The translations under genes and the position numbers were made by a program. Under the pieces are notes generated by a model, which searched no databases, had not been told where the DNA came from, and saw only the letters and a program-made list of their open reading frames with translations. Shown one piece after another: positions 9,777-18,631 of a stretch of 64,000 nucleotides of DNA; within the stretch, counting starts at the first letter, position 1; each line of letters opens with the position of its first letter. The stretch spans positions 3,319 to 67,318 of the forward strand of contig CAWDQC010000029.1 of NCBI GenBank assembly GCA_963804355.1, written 5' to 3'. This DNA comes from an uncultured Pseudomonadota bacterium (GTDB taxonomy: Bacteria > Desulfobacterota > Binatia > Binatales > Binataceae).

Positions 9777-10349
9777 TTAATCGGCCTTGTTATTATTCGC
9801 ATTCTGATGACTTCCGAACCGTTCGTCGTCGTGTCGAAGATTTTCGGCCATCTTCAGATGCGCTTCGAGAACTGGAATTGTCTGATCGATATATACTCGC
9901 GAATCCGGATCGTCGCCGAGCGCGGTTTTCGCCTGGCGAAACGAAGCGATCGCCTTTTCGTGATCCTTGATGTCCATATCGAGAAACGCCTTGTTGAAGT
10001 TGGCGCCCTTCAGACCGTCGAGCTGATCCTGAGCAGCCTGATTTTTCTCGTAGGATTTCAACGTAATATTCTTTTTGCTGGCTAACGCCTCGACCGCCGC
10101 CTGGTTGGCCTTGTGGTCGTCGCGCATCGTATCCGCCATCGTTGTCAGTGCCTGGTTGTCGCCCGCCTTACTCGCGAGTTCCTTTGCCATGTCTTGCTCT
10201 TCGTTGTTCATCTGATTGGCCTGGCCGAGGAGCGTCACCAGGGCTTGGGACTGTGCGAGGGCGCGAGATGCGCCGAGAAAAGACAGCAGGATTGCTGCTG
10301 AACAGGCGATCGCCACGTTTTTCAATATTGTTTCTCTCCTTCGTGTCAA
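9777..10349 (-). CDS. DUF4142 domain secreted protein
   Basis: Signal peptide ILKNVAIACSAAILLSFLGASRALAQ. ...GANFNKAFLDMDIKDHEKAIASFRQA is the DUF4142 signature. TTG start. Confidence 0.7.
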   Translation of the reverse strand: MTRRRETILKNVAIACSAAILLSFLGASRALAQSQALVTLLGQANQMNNEEQDMAKELASKAGDNQALTTMADTMRDDHKANQAAVEALASKKNITLKSYEKNQAAQDQLDGLKGANFNKAFLDMDIKDHEKAIASFRQAKTALGDDPDSRVYIDQTIPVLEAHLKMAENLRHDDERFGSHQNANNNKAD

Positions 10350-10758
10350 AGTTCACCGACTGGCGAGAATGAATCTGCAAGACAAAGGCCAAATACTAGT
10401 GGTCGAAGCTCGACGGTGATCTGCTGTAGGAAATGCCGGGCGAGCCATCGCGCCATCGTGTGTATTCTCACAAGAATGCAAGGCGCGACGGCCTCGGCAT
10501 CCAGGCGCAAACCTATTTAGTGAGTTCGAACTGAAGCACCGGTGAGGTGATCTGTAGAACGATCCGAATCGGCTCGCACCTCATGGACCCGGTAATAATT
10601 ATATTTGCGAAGTCCGGCGATGCGGACCACGCGGACAGACCCAAGGCGCCTCGCGGGCCGTTGTAGTCGAGGTCTGATTAGTCAGTTTGAACGGTCGTGC
10701 TTCATGCGTCGGCCGCAACGAGTCTGGCCGTTCGAGTCAGGTGTCGTCGAGCGGCGTC

Positions 10759-11904
10759 CTAACCTTCCATCATCGAAGCCATATCGCCGAGCGCCTCGGC
10801 AAATTCTTCCATGAATTCCTTCACCACCACGCGACTCGATTTGACGCTGTCGACCAGTCCGACGCCCTGACCAACGAAATATGTGACCAGTTCGCGCGCC
10901 TTCGGATTGCCGCGTTCGGCCGCCCGCTGCGCCGCCGCCAGAGCAGGTTCGCTGATCAATGTTTGGAACGGCATCGGCAGCGGCCCCGGACTATCGGCGC
11001 CTTCCCAGGCCTCGGTCCACGCCGACTTGAGCTGGCGCGAATACTTTCCGGTGCGGCACTTGGAACGCACCGTGTCGCGCGATCGCGCTGCGATCATCTT
11101 CTCGCGAAAAATTTCCGTGGTCTCTGATTCCGTCGTCGCGAGCCACACCGATCCGGTCCACACTCCCGCGGCACCCATCGCCATGCATGCCGCCATCTGG
11201 CGACCGGTCATGATACCGCCCGCCGCCAGCACGGGAATATTCTTGATCGGCTTGATCGCGCGCAGCACTTCCGGGATCAGCACCAGCGTCGAAACCTCGC
11301 CGCAATGCCCTCCCGCTTCCGCCCCTTCTGCAACGATAATGTCCACGCCCGCCTTGGCTTGCCGCACGGCATGCTCGGGTGCGCCGACCAGCGCGGCGGT
11401 CGCCACGCCGTGCTTGTGCGCCATCTCCATCATCGACGGCGGCGGTACGCCAAGGGCATTGGCGATCAATTTAATTGGATGGCGAAAAGAAACCTCGAGC
11501 AGCCGCAACGCCTGATCCTCCTGCAGCGACGACCGCGCGTTGGATTCGCGAAAGCGCTCGGTCTGCGGCGCCTGCTCGACGTCGATACCGTGCCTGGCGA
11601 GCAGGTTGCGCACGAAGTCCTTGTGTCCCTGCGGATCCGTTCGGCGAGCGATCGGATGGTGACGTCCTTCTCGCCCTTGATCGAGAGGTTCTCGGGAATC
11701 AGCACATCGACTCCGTAAGGGCGTCCGTCGATATGGTCGTCGATCCACTTCGAGTTCTTCTTCGAGCGCGCTCGGCGAAAAAGCCGTCGCGCCAAGCACG
11801 CCGAAGCCGCCGGCTTTGCTCACCGCCGCGATCACGTCGCGGCAATGGCTGAAGGCGATCAGCGGAAATTCGACGCCCAGCATTTCGCAGATCGGATTTT
11901 TCAT
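10759..11904 (-). CDS. Nitronate monooxygenase (2-nitropropane dioxygenase family, FMN-dependent); two compensating frameshifts in the middle
   Basis: MKNPICEMLGVEFPLIAFSHCRDVIAAVSKAGGFGVLGA...GVDIIVAEGAEAGGHCGEVSTLVLIPEVLRA...PVLAAGGIMTGRQMAACMAMGAAGVWTGSVWL. The alternate-frame ORF 11466-11795 carries the true WIDDHIDGRPYGVDVLIPENLSIKGEKDVTIRSLAERI segment. Confidence 0.8.
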   Translation of the reverse strand: MKNPICEMLGVEFPLIAFSHCRDVIAAVSKAGGFGVLGATAFSPSALEEELEVDRRPYRRTPLRSRCADSREPLDQGREGRHHPIARRTDPQGHKDFVRNLLARHGIDVEQAPQTERFRESNARSSLQEDQALRLLEVSFRHPIKLIANALGVPPPSMMEMAHKHGVATAALVGAPEHAVRQAKAGVDIIVAEGAEAGGHCGEVSTLVLIPEVLRAIKPIKNIPVLAAGGIMTGRQMAACMAMGAAGVWTGSVWLATTESETTEIFREKMIAARSRDTVRSKCRTGKYSRQLKSAWTEAWEGADSPGPLPMPFQTLISEPALAAAQRAAERGNPKARELVTYFVGQGVGLVDSVKSSRVVVKEFMEEFAEALGDMASMMEG

Positions 11905-11949
11905 CTGAATCCTCCGTGGAACCGTCGCGCGCAAAACAAAGGGACTACT

Positions 11950-12288
11950 TTATTTTTTTGTTTTTGACTTCGGCGTCTTGCGTTTGACCGCCTTGACCGC
12001 GACCGCTTTCGCGCGCGCCACCTTGCGCTGGACTTTCTTCGGTGCGACTTTTTTGGCTGCGGGTTTTTTCGCAACGACCTTGCGGGGCTTCGAGGATTTG
12101 CCCGGCTTAGAGGATTTGCGCGCGCGCTTTATGCCCGCGATCTTCTCCACCGCGACCACCGCCCTCTGCGCCGCATTCTTGATCTGTTCCGCCGTCAGCT
12201 CGATATCCTGCGCGATCGCCGCCGCGATTCCACCGCTTTCGGGTTCCGACTCTTCCGCTACGATCGATTTCTTTGAACGCTTTGCCAT
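11950..12288 (-). CDS. Histone H1-like / lysine-alanine-rich nucleoid-associated protein
   Basis: MAKRSKKSIVAEESEPESGGIAAAIAQDIELTAEQIKNAAQRAVVAVEKIAG... followed by a KKPAAKKVAPKKVQRKVARAKAVAVKAVKRKTPKSKTKK tail. The annotated 263-aa ORF is over-extended into the antisense of the HU gene. Confidence 0.65.
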   Translation of the reverse strand: MAKRSKKSIVAEESEPESGGIAAAIAQDIELTAEQIKNAAQRAVVAVEKIAGIKRARKSSKPGKSSKPRKVVAKKPAAKKVAPKKVQRKVARAKAVAVKAVKRKTPKSKTKK

Positions 12289-12475
12289 GTTCTCATAATT
12301 GCACGGTCGCCGGCGCAAGGGGACTCCAGCATGGTTCCAAGGCGAGATTCCGTGGCGAAAGATTTCCCGCCGCCCTAAGCTTCGAATGCACCCGAATGTC
12401 GGCAAAAGAGATGGAGCGGTTGCACTTTTCATCGCCGGAGATCGCGCTAAACTGCCGAGAAGGGGAGCATCGGCC

Positions 12476-12745
12476 ATGACTAAGTTGGAACTAATCGAAA
12501 CCGTTGCGCGCGCGACACGCCAGCCGAAATCCACCGTCGCTCGAACGATTGAACTCACCTTCGACAATATTTCCCGCGCCATTCGGCGGGACAAGCGCTT
12601 CTGGTTCCCCGGCTTCGGCACCTTTTCCGTGCGCCGTCGGCGTGCGCGGCCCGGGTTCAATCCGCGCACCAATTCCGCGATGACGATTCCGGCCGCTCGC
12701 ACCGTCGGCTTTCGTCCCGCTCCTAAACTCAAAAAGACCATCTAG
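12476..12745 (+). CDS. hup: HU/IHF family DNA-binding protein
   Basis: RBS GAAGGGGAG. MTKLELIETVARATRQPKSTVARTIELTFDNISRAIRRDKRFWFPGFGTFSVRRRRARPGFNPRTNSAMTIPAARTVGFRPAPKLK is the HU arm motif RNPxTGxxxxIPAxxVxxFKPG. Confidence 0.85.
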   Translation: MTKLELIETVARATRQPKSTVARTIELTFDNISRAIRRDKRFWFPGFGTFSVRRRRARPGFNPRTNSAMTIPAARTVGFRPAPKLKKTI

Positions 12746-12769
12746 GACGGGCTGCCACTTGCCTCGCGC

Positions 12770-14179
12770 ATGCGCTTCCTGACCATCGCTACCGTGGCGC
12801 TGGCGCTGCTCGCGGGAGCCTACCTGCGCTTCGCCGATCTCGGCGCGCGCGAAATTTCCGCCGACGAGGGCGCCTCGTGGGCAGCGGCGGCGGCGCCTTC
12901 CACGATCGAGGTTTTGCATCGCCAGGCCCAACTTAATCCGGGCAAGCTCGGCGTCCACGATGTCGCGTTGCATTATTGGATGAATGCGTTTGGCGACAGC
13001 GCCGTCGCGATGCGTGCGCTCTCGGCGACGGCGGGAACGATCGCGATCATCCTGGTGTTTTTTCTCACGCGCGAACTGCTCCGCACCGACTTCGTTTTCA
13101 CATCGGCGCAGACTGATTCGCGCGATCTTCTGTCGTCGCAAGATCGTGACATCGTCGCTGCGATCGCGGCGCTGCTATTCGCTGTCAATCTCATCACGAT
13201 CAAGTATGCGCGCGAGGCCCGGATGTATCCGCTCGTGCTCGTCTTCACGATCGCGCAGGTCTGGTTTTTTCTGCGCGCAGTGCGGCACGGCGGCGTGGCA
13301 AATTATCTGGGGATGGCCGTGTTCAGCGGACTTGCGGTCGCGACGAATCTGACCGCGACGGTCATCCTCGTGCCCGAGGGAATCTGGATCGCGCTGATAC
13401 TGTTGCGGCGCGGCGATCGCCGGTTCGCGCTCGCGTTTAAGCTCGTAGCCTCAATCGTCGCTGGGCTGCTGATGATCGCACCGCTCGCGATTATCTATCT
13501 TCGCGTTCGCACGGGTCCGACCAATCCGCAGGCCTACGCCTGGATTCCGATACCGCCTCCGTACGCGCCGATCACTCTCTTCAACAAGGCGACTGGCACC
13601 TTCGCGTTTCCTGTCATGGCTGCGCTGGCATTGTGGGGGGCGATCAGCGGATTCAGGCGCGCGCGCGGTGCCGTGGTTTTCGCGGTTCTATGGATGTTCG
13701 CGCCGCCGCTCGCCGCCTTGACCTTCTCCTACGTGATCCAGCCGGCATTCCTCGAGCGATACCTGATCTCGTGCTTCGTCCCGTTTTTCATCCTCGACGC
13801 GATTGGCGTATGGCAACTGCGCTATTGGTGGGCGCAGGCCGGCGCGCTCGCGATCGCAATCGCGCTCGCCTTTGGCCACGTCGCCTCCTACGACCGTAAA
13901 CCGCACGATGCGCAATGGCGCGAAGCGGCGATCGTCGCCACCTGCAATGTATCGATGGATGGCGCGGTAGTGGTCGCTCCCGGTTATGCCGTCAACGTGG
14001 TCCGTTACTATCTGCGGCGAGCGCCCGCTGTCGTCGCAGTCCCGGTTGACCAACCCGACGATGCGACTGTCGCGATCGTCGCGGAGGAAGGCGTTGCGCC
14101 GACACGGGCGGCTCAGCTCACGCACGATTACGCGCGTTTCCTTGTGAGTCTGCGTGGTGTCATGGTTCGCCAAAACTAG
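12770..14179 (+). CDS. Glycosyltransferase family 39 (ArnT/PMT-like GT-C) membrane protein
   Basis: 469 aa and multi-TM. An N-terminal loop ...ADLGAREISADEGASWAAAAAP precedes ...NPGKLGVHDVALHYWMNAFGDSAVAMRALSATAG. It resembles the dolichyl/undecaprenyl-phosphate sugar transferase family. Confidence 0.7.
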   Translation: MRFLTIATVALALLAGAYLRFADLGAREISADEGASWAAAAAPSTIEVLHRQAQLNPGKLGVHDVALHYWMNAFGDSAVAMRALSATAGTIAIILVFFLTRELLRTDFVFTSAQTDSRDLLSSQDRDIVAAIAALLFAVNLITIKYAREARMYPLVLVFTIAQVWFFLRAVRHGGVANYLGMAVFSGLAVATNLTATVILVPEGIWIALILLRRGDRRFALAFKLVASIVAGLLMIAPLAIIYLRVRTGPTNPQAYAWIPIPPPYAPITLFNKATGTFAFPVMAALALWGAISGFRRARGAVVFAVLWMFAPPLAALTFSYVIQPAFLERYLISCFVPFFILDAIGVWQLRYWWAQAGALAIAIALAFGHVASYDRKPHDAQWREAAIVATCNVSMDGAVVVAPGYAVNVVRYYLRRAPAVVAVPVDQPDDATVAIVAEEGVAPTRAAQLTHDYARFLVSLRGVMVRQN

Positions 14180-14285
14180 CCAAGGCTTCCCCAATGTTTC
14201 ACGTGAAACATATGCGAGCGAAATTCTTCTCCCCGTAGCCAAGCCGTGGAATAGTGACCGAAGCCTTCCGACGAGAGGTAATGCG

Positions 14286-15146
14286 ATGAGCGACCAGACA
14301 CCCGACCCCCAACGCCTCAAGGACGATCAACGGCGCGACTGGGACGCTGCCGCCGCCGGATGGCGCAAGTGGTGGCCGATTTTCGAGCGCGCGGCGCAAC
14401 ACGTCAGCGACCGGCTCGTCGATCTCGCCGGGATCAAGCCGGGATCGCGCGTGCTCGATGTCGCCACCGGCAATGGCGAGCCGGCGGTTACCGCGGCGCG
14501 GCGTGCAGGCGCAACCGGTCGCGTGATCGCGACTGACCAGGCCCCCGGGATGTTGGCGATTGCCCGCGAGCGGGCCTCGACGCTGGGAATCACCAATATC
14601 GACTTTCGTCAAAGCGACGCCGAGTCACTGAGCATCGACGATCGCGGATTCGACGCCTTGGTCTGTCGTTGGGGTTTGATGTTCATGCCTGACGAGGAAC
14701 GCGCACTGCGCGGCCTCTACGAGCGCCTGGCTCCCGGCGGCCGTATCGCCACAGCGGTCTGGTCGAGCGGAGATAAGGTTCCAATGATAACCATAGGCGC
14801 CGATACGGTCCGCAAAATGGCTGGATTGCCGCCACCGACGCCGGGCGCGCTCGAGCCCACGCGGCTCGCCGACCCCTCGATACTCACTGCCGCGCTTGAG
14901 CGCGCCGGCTTCAAGGAAGTTACCGTCGAGCGGCGCGATGTGACTTTCGAGATGGAATCGCCGGCCGCATTTACTCAATTTCGCGAGGAAGTCTCGGCAC
15001 CGTTTCGCGCATTGCTGGGGCGGCAGACCCCGGAGATGCGACAACGGATTCTCGACGCGGTAACGGAAGCCGCCCGCGCATACGTCGGAGGCGACGGCAA
15101 AATGCGCACCACCAACGAGACGATTTTGTTCGCTGCGCGTCGCTAA
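14286..15146 (+). CDS. Class I SAM-dependent methyltransferase (Methyltransf_11-like)
   Basis: VLDVATGNGEPAVTAARRAG (SAM motif I, GxGxG), VCRWGLMFMPDEERALRGLYERLAPGGRI (motifs II/III). Confidence 0.8.
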   Translation: MSDQTPDPQRLKDDQRRDWDAAAAGWRKWWPIFERAAQHVSDRLVDLAGIKPGSRVLDVATGNGEPAVTAARRAGATGRVIATDQAPGMLAIARERASTLGITNIDFRQSDAESLSIDDRGFDALVCRWGLMFMPDEERALRGLYERLAPGGRIATAVWSSGDKVPMITIGADTVRKMAGLPPPTPGALEPTRLADPSILTAALERAGFKEVTVERRDVTFEMESPAAFTQFREEVSAPFRALLGRQTPEMRQRILDAVTEAARAYVGGDGKMRTTNETILFAARR

Positions 15147-15273
15147 GGCTTCGCCAGCCGCCAGGATTCGAGAACAAAGGGGGCTGCGAGGTATCCGCAT
15201 CGCTGATATCCTTTTTTTGAAGGGGAGGTGCGGGGATGGCGGTGGTCCCTCAAGTGGAGCAGTTCGGTAGGCC

Positions 15274-17007
15274 TTGCGGCGGCGCGATTCGCGTCGACCG
15301 CGACCGTTGCGAACCGATCCGCACGGGTCCCCTTTGAGTAGTCCCGCCAAGGAGGCCGGTATTGCCGATCGGCTGAATGATTCCGGCAAGGTAGCTATAC
15401 AGCCGGCCGCCTATACGCATCATCGCGCCGGGACGTCGGCGCTCTCTGCCAACTCCGAGGAAACTATTTCGCTGATTCGCTATGCGCCCGGCATCTTGCT
15501 GGTGGTGATCGCGATCGTGGCGGCGGGTCAGCAAGTCGATCCTGACTTGTGGGGTCATATTCGTTTCGGACAGGCGGTTCTTGCTCAGCATCACCTGGTG
15601 CTTCAGGATCCCTACTCATATTCGGCGCCAGGCCATTTGTGGCTAAATCACGAATGGTTGACCGAAGTGCTAATGGCGTGGCTATACAATCATTTCGGGG
15701 TTATCGGACTTAAGTTGTGGAAGTTCGTGTGTGCGGCCGGGACGATTCTACTGGTGGCGAAAGGGATGAGCGAAACGGGGGCGGCAGCCTCGGTGCGCCT
15801 CAACACCCTGACCGCGACCGCGCTTGCTCTCATGCCGCAAATGGAGTTTCGCCCGCAGGTCTTCACTTTCCTGCTATTTGCCGCGCTGCTCGCGCTGCTT
15901 GCCCGGCATAATTATCGAGGAACCGCACCGCTTTGGCTGGCCGTGCCGCTTCTCGGCTTGTGGGCCAATCTGCATGGCGGTTTCATTATCGGGCTCGCCT
16001 CGCTGGGCGTGTACACCGCGGTAGTAGCTATCCAAGACCTGATCGATCGAAAAGGCCTTCGGCGCACGACACAACTGATAATTCTAACTATTGGCGCGAG
16101 CGCCGCCACTCTACTCACGCCGTACGGTCTCGGTATCTGGGTGGCGGTGTTGCATGCATTGCATAATCCGCTCACGCGCAACGTGATCACCGATTGGCAG
16201 CCGCTGCTCTTCGCTTTGAGGAGTCAATGGAGCATAGGACATCTGGGAGTTATCTACTACCTATGCGCAATTGCGCTGATCGCGACGATGGCGATAACTT
16301 TCGCGATGACCCCGCGCGGCGGCGATTTACCGTTGGTCGCTATCGCGATGCTGATGAGCGTCGCGGCCTTCACCGCGGTTCGCAACATGCCGCTGGCGGT
16401 AATTGCCTGTGCCGCTCCAATCGTGCGTCACTTCCATCTTATCTTCGAACGAAACCGAATAGCCGCGACGCACGCGGGCGTGGAAATAGAGAATGGTCCC
16501 GTTCGCTCGGGGGTCAATCAGTGGGTGGCGGCGGCCTTGGCGGGCGTAGTGGTGATTTCGAGTGGCGTTTTTTCACCGAGGCTGTCAATTGGATCGGACT
16601 ATCCCGCCGGGGCCGTTGCCTTCATGCAGCGCAAGCATCTGAGCGGCAATATTCTGAACGCGTTCGGCTGGGGCGAGTATCTAATATGGCATAGCGCGCC
16701 GGAGTCGAAGGTTTTTTTCGACGGCCGCTACGACACCGTCTTTCCCCAGCAGGTTATCAAGGATTACGTAGTTTTCTACTTTGATCTGCCGGGTGCCCCA
16801 CGAGTTCTTTCGGCCTATCCGCATGACTTTGTCCTGATTCCACCGCAGTCTGCTGCCGCCGGCTTGATGAAGACTACCCCGGGCTGGAAGTTGATTTACC
16901 GGGACGCAAACTCAGTGCTCTACGCGCGTGACAATTCCCCCATCGCTTCAATCGAGGATAATCCCTCTGACAAAGGCGGGGTCGCGACGCGACTTTACTT
17001 CCCGTGA
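15274..17007 (+). CDS. Large polytopic membrane protein, paralog 1 of 3 (putative GT-C-like glycosyltransferase, unknown family); start uncertain
   Basis: 577-aa ORF with TM helices. Conserved motifs shared with paralogs 2 and 3: N-terminal RY(S/A)P, DPDLWGHIRFGQ, YSYSA, NLHGGFIIGL, TPYG, RGGDLPLVAIAMLM and SVRNMPLAVIA. The C-terminal periplasmic domain carries FGWGEYLIWHSAPESKVFFDGRYDTVFP and YPHDFVLIPP, and the protein ends in YFP. Confidence 0.75.
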   Translation: MRRRDSRRPRPLRTDPHGSPLSSPAKEAGIADRLNDSGKVAIQPAAYTHHRAGTSALSANSEETISLIRYAPGILLVVIAIVAAGQQVDPDLWGHIRFGQAVLAQHHLVLQDPYSYSAPGHLWLNHEWLTEVLMAWLYNHFGVIGLKLWKFVCAAGTILLVAKGMSETGAAASVRLNTLTATALALMPQMEFRPQVFTFLLFAALLALLARHNYRGTAPLWLAVPLLGLWANLHGGFIIGLASLGVYTAVVAIQDLIDRKGLRRTTQLIILTIGASAATLLTPYGLGIWVAVLHALHNPLTRNVITDWQPLLFALRSQWSIGHLGVIYYLCAIALIATMAITFAMTPRGGDLPLVAIAMLMSVAAFTAVRNMPLAVIACAAPIVRHFHLIFERNRIAATHAGVEIENGPVRSGVNQWVAAALAGVVVISSGVFSPRLSIGSDYPAGAVAFMQRKHLSGNILNAFGWGEYLIWHSAPESKVFFDGRYDTVFPQQVIKDYVVFYFDLPGAPRVLSAYPHDFVLIPPQSAAAGLMKTTPGWKLIYRDANSVLYARDNSPIASIEDNPSDKGGVATRLYFP

Positions 17008-18631
17008 CCAGTGCCGAAGCCAGCTACGCACGGATTTCTGCCGAAGCGCCGGCGAAAATTCGAGTCATACGGCCGTCGCGCCGCCGTTCGCTGCTGCGCT
17101 ATTCGCCGGCATTGTTTGCGCTGGTAATAGTGATCGCCGACGCGATTCAAGTATCGGACCCGGACCTATGGGGCCATATCCGCTTCGGCCAGGCCGCACT
17201 CACCGATCATAGCCTCGCTGCCTCACTGTTCGCGCAGGGAATAGGCAGGCAAGAAAACTACTCGTATTCGGCCGCCGGCGCACAATGGCACGATCCCGAG
17301 TGGCTGGCGGAAATCACGATGGCGTCGGTATACGACCATTGGGGCGTCGTCGGGCTCAAGTGCTGGAAGTTGGCGTGCGTGACGGCGACTTTCACCTTTC
17401 TGATGATGGCGTTGATAGAAGCCGGTGCGAGTCCCGCGCTCCAGCTCAATCTACTGATACTGGCGGCGCTGGCGATGATGCTGCAGATACACCTGCGCCC
17501 ACAGCTTTTTACCTTCGCGATGCTCGCGGCGACACTGGGTATTCTCGCGCGCGAGAACTACTTCGGTACGGCTCCGCTATGGTTGATTCCACCTCTGATG
17601 ATTTTGTGGAGCAACCTTCACGGCGGCTATATCGCGGGTCTGGCGGCGATCGTGGTCTATACTGTCGTGGCCATTGGGCAGGACGTTTTCAACGGTGACG
17701 CGAAACGCCGCGCGCTTCGCCTGATAACCCTCGCCCTCACCGCGTCGGCGGCGACGTTGATAACGCCGTACGGCTTCGAGGGATGGACCGCGATACTGCA
17801 TTCGGTGAACGATCAATCGATAAAAAAGGCGATCGTCGAATGGCAACCGCTGTGGCGCGCGATGGCGCATCAGTGGCATGCCTCTCCGCTCGGCGAGTTC
17901 AACTATCTGATCGCGATCGGTCTGATGGCTGCCCTGGCTATCACTTTTATTTCACGGCCCTATTTCGAAGATCTGCCGATGGTCGCGATTGCGCTGTTGA
18001 TGAGCATCGGAACCTTCATCTCGGCGCGTAATATGCCGCTCGGCGTTATAGCTTGTACGATTCCGCTGGCTCGCCGGCTATCTATTCGAGGGGCCGATCA
18101 GGATGATCCGGACTCAGCGCGACGCTGGAGCGCTCGGCGGTCAATCAATGGTTGGTAATGGCGATCGTGGCCCTTTTGATATTCATCACTGGTACGTTTT
18201 CGCCCCGGCTGGCGACAGGAATGAGCGTACCGAGTGGCGCTGTCGCTTTTATGGAAAAGCATGACCTTCGGGGTAACGTGTTGAATGACTACGACTGGGG
18301 TGCGTACCTAATCTGGCACGTTGCGCCCAAATCAAAGCTATTCATCGACGGACGCTGCGAGACGGTCTATCCCGACCGAGTTCTCCATGACTATCTTCAG
18401 TTTTATTTCAACTTCGCCAACGCCGAAGAAGTGTTGCGCGCATACCCTCACGATTTTGTTCTGATCCCGCCCGATGCGCCGATTTCCGTTCCGCTGGAAA
18501 AGAACCACGACTGGAAACTTGTTTATCGCGATCGAACCTCATTACTGTTCGCGCGCGCAGATTCGGCAGCAGCGAAAATTCCTGATGTTCCCGTCGAAGG
18601 CGTCGTGCCGAAACGCAGCTACTTTCCATGA
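17004..18631 (+). CDS. Large polytopic membrane protein, paralog 2 of 3; one frameshift near 18105; start overlaps the stop of paralog 1
   Basis: SDPDLWGHIRFGQ, YSYSA, SNLHGGYIAGL, TPYG, EDLPMVAIALLM and SARNMPLGVIA. The C-terminal domain (ORF 18152-18631) has YDWGAYLIWHVAPKSKLFIDGRCETVYP and YPHDFVLIPP, ending in YFP. Confidence 0.75.

Noticed and set aside
12491-13141. 216-aa minus-strand ORF, and the 12288-12741 extension of the H1-like ORF
   Set aside because: Both are antisense to the GT39 and HU genes. The H1-like protein has a proper start (M-A-K-R-S-K-K) at 12288.
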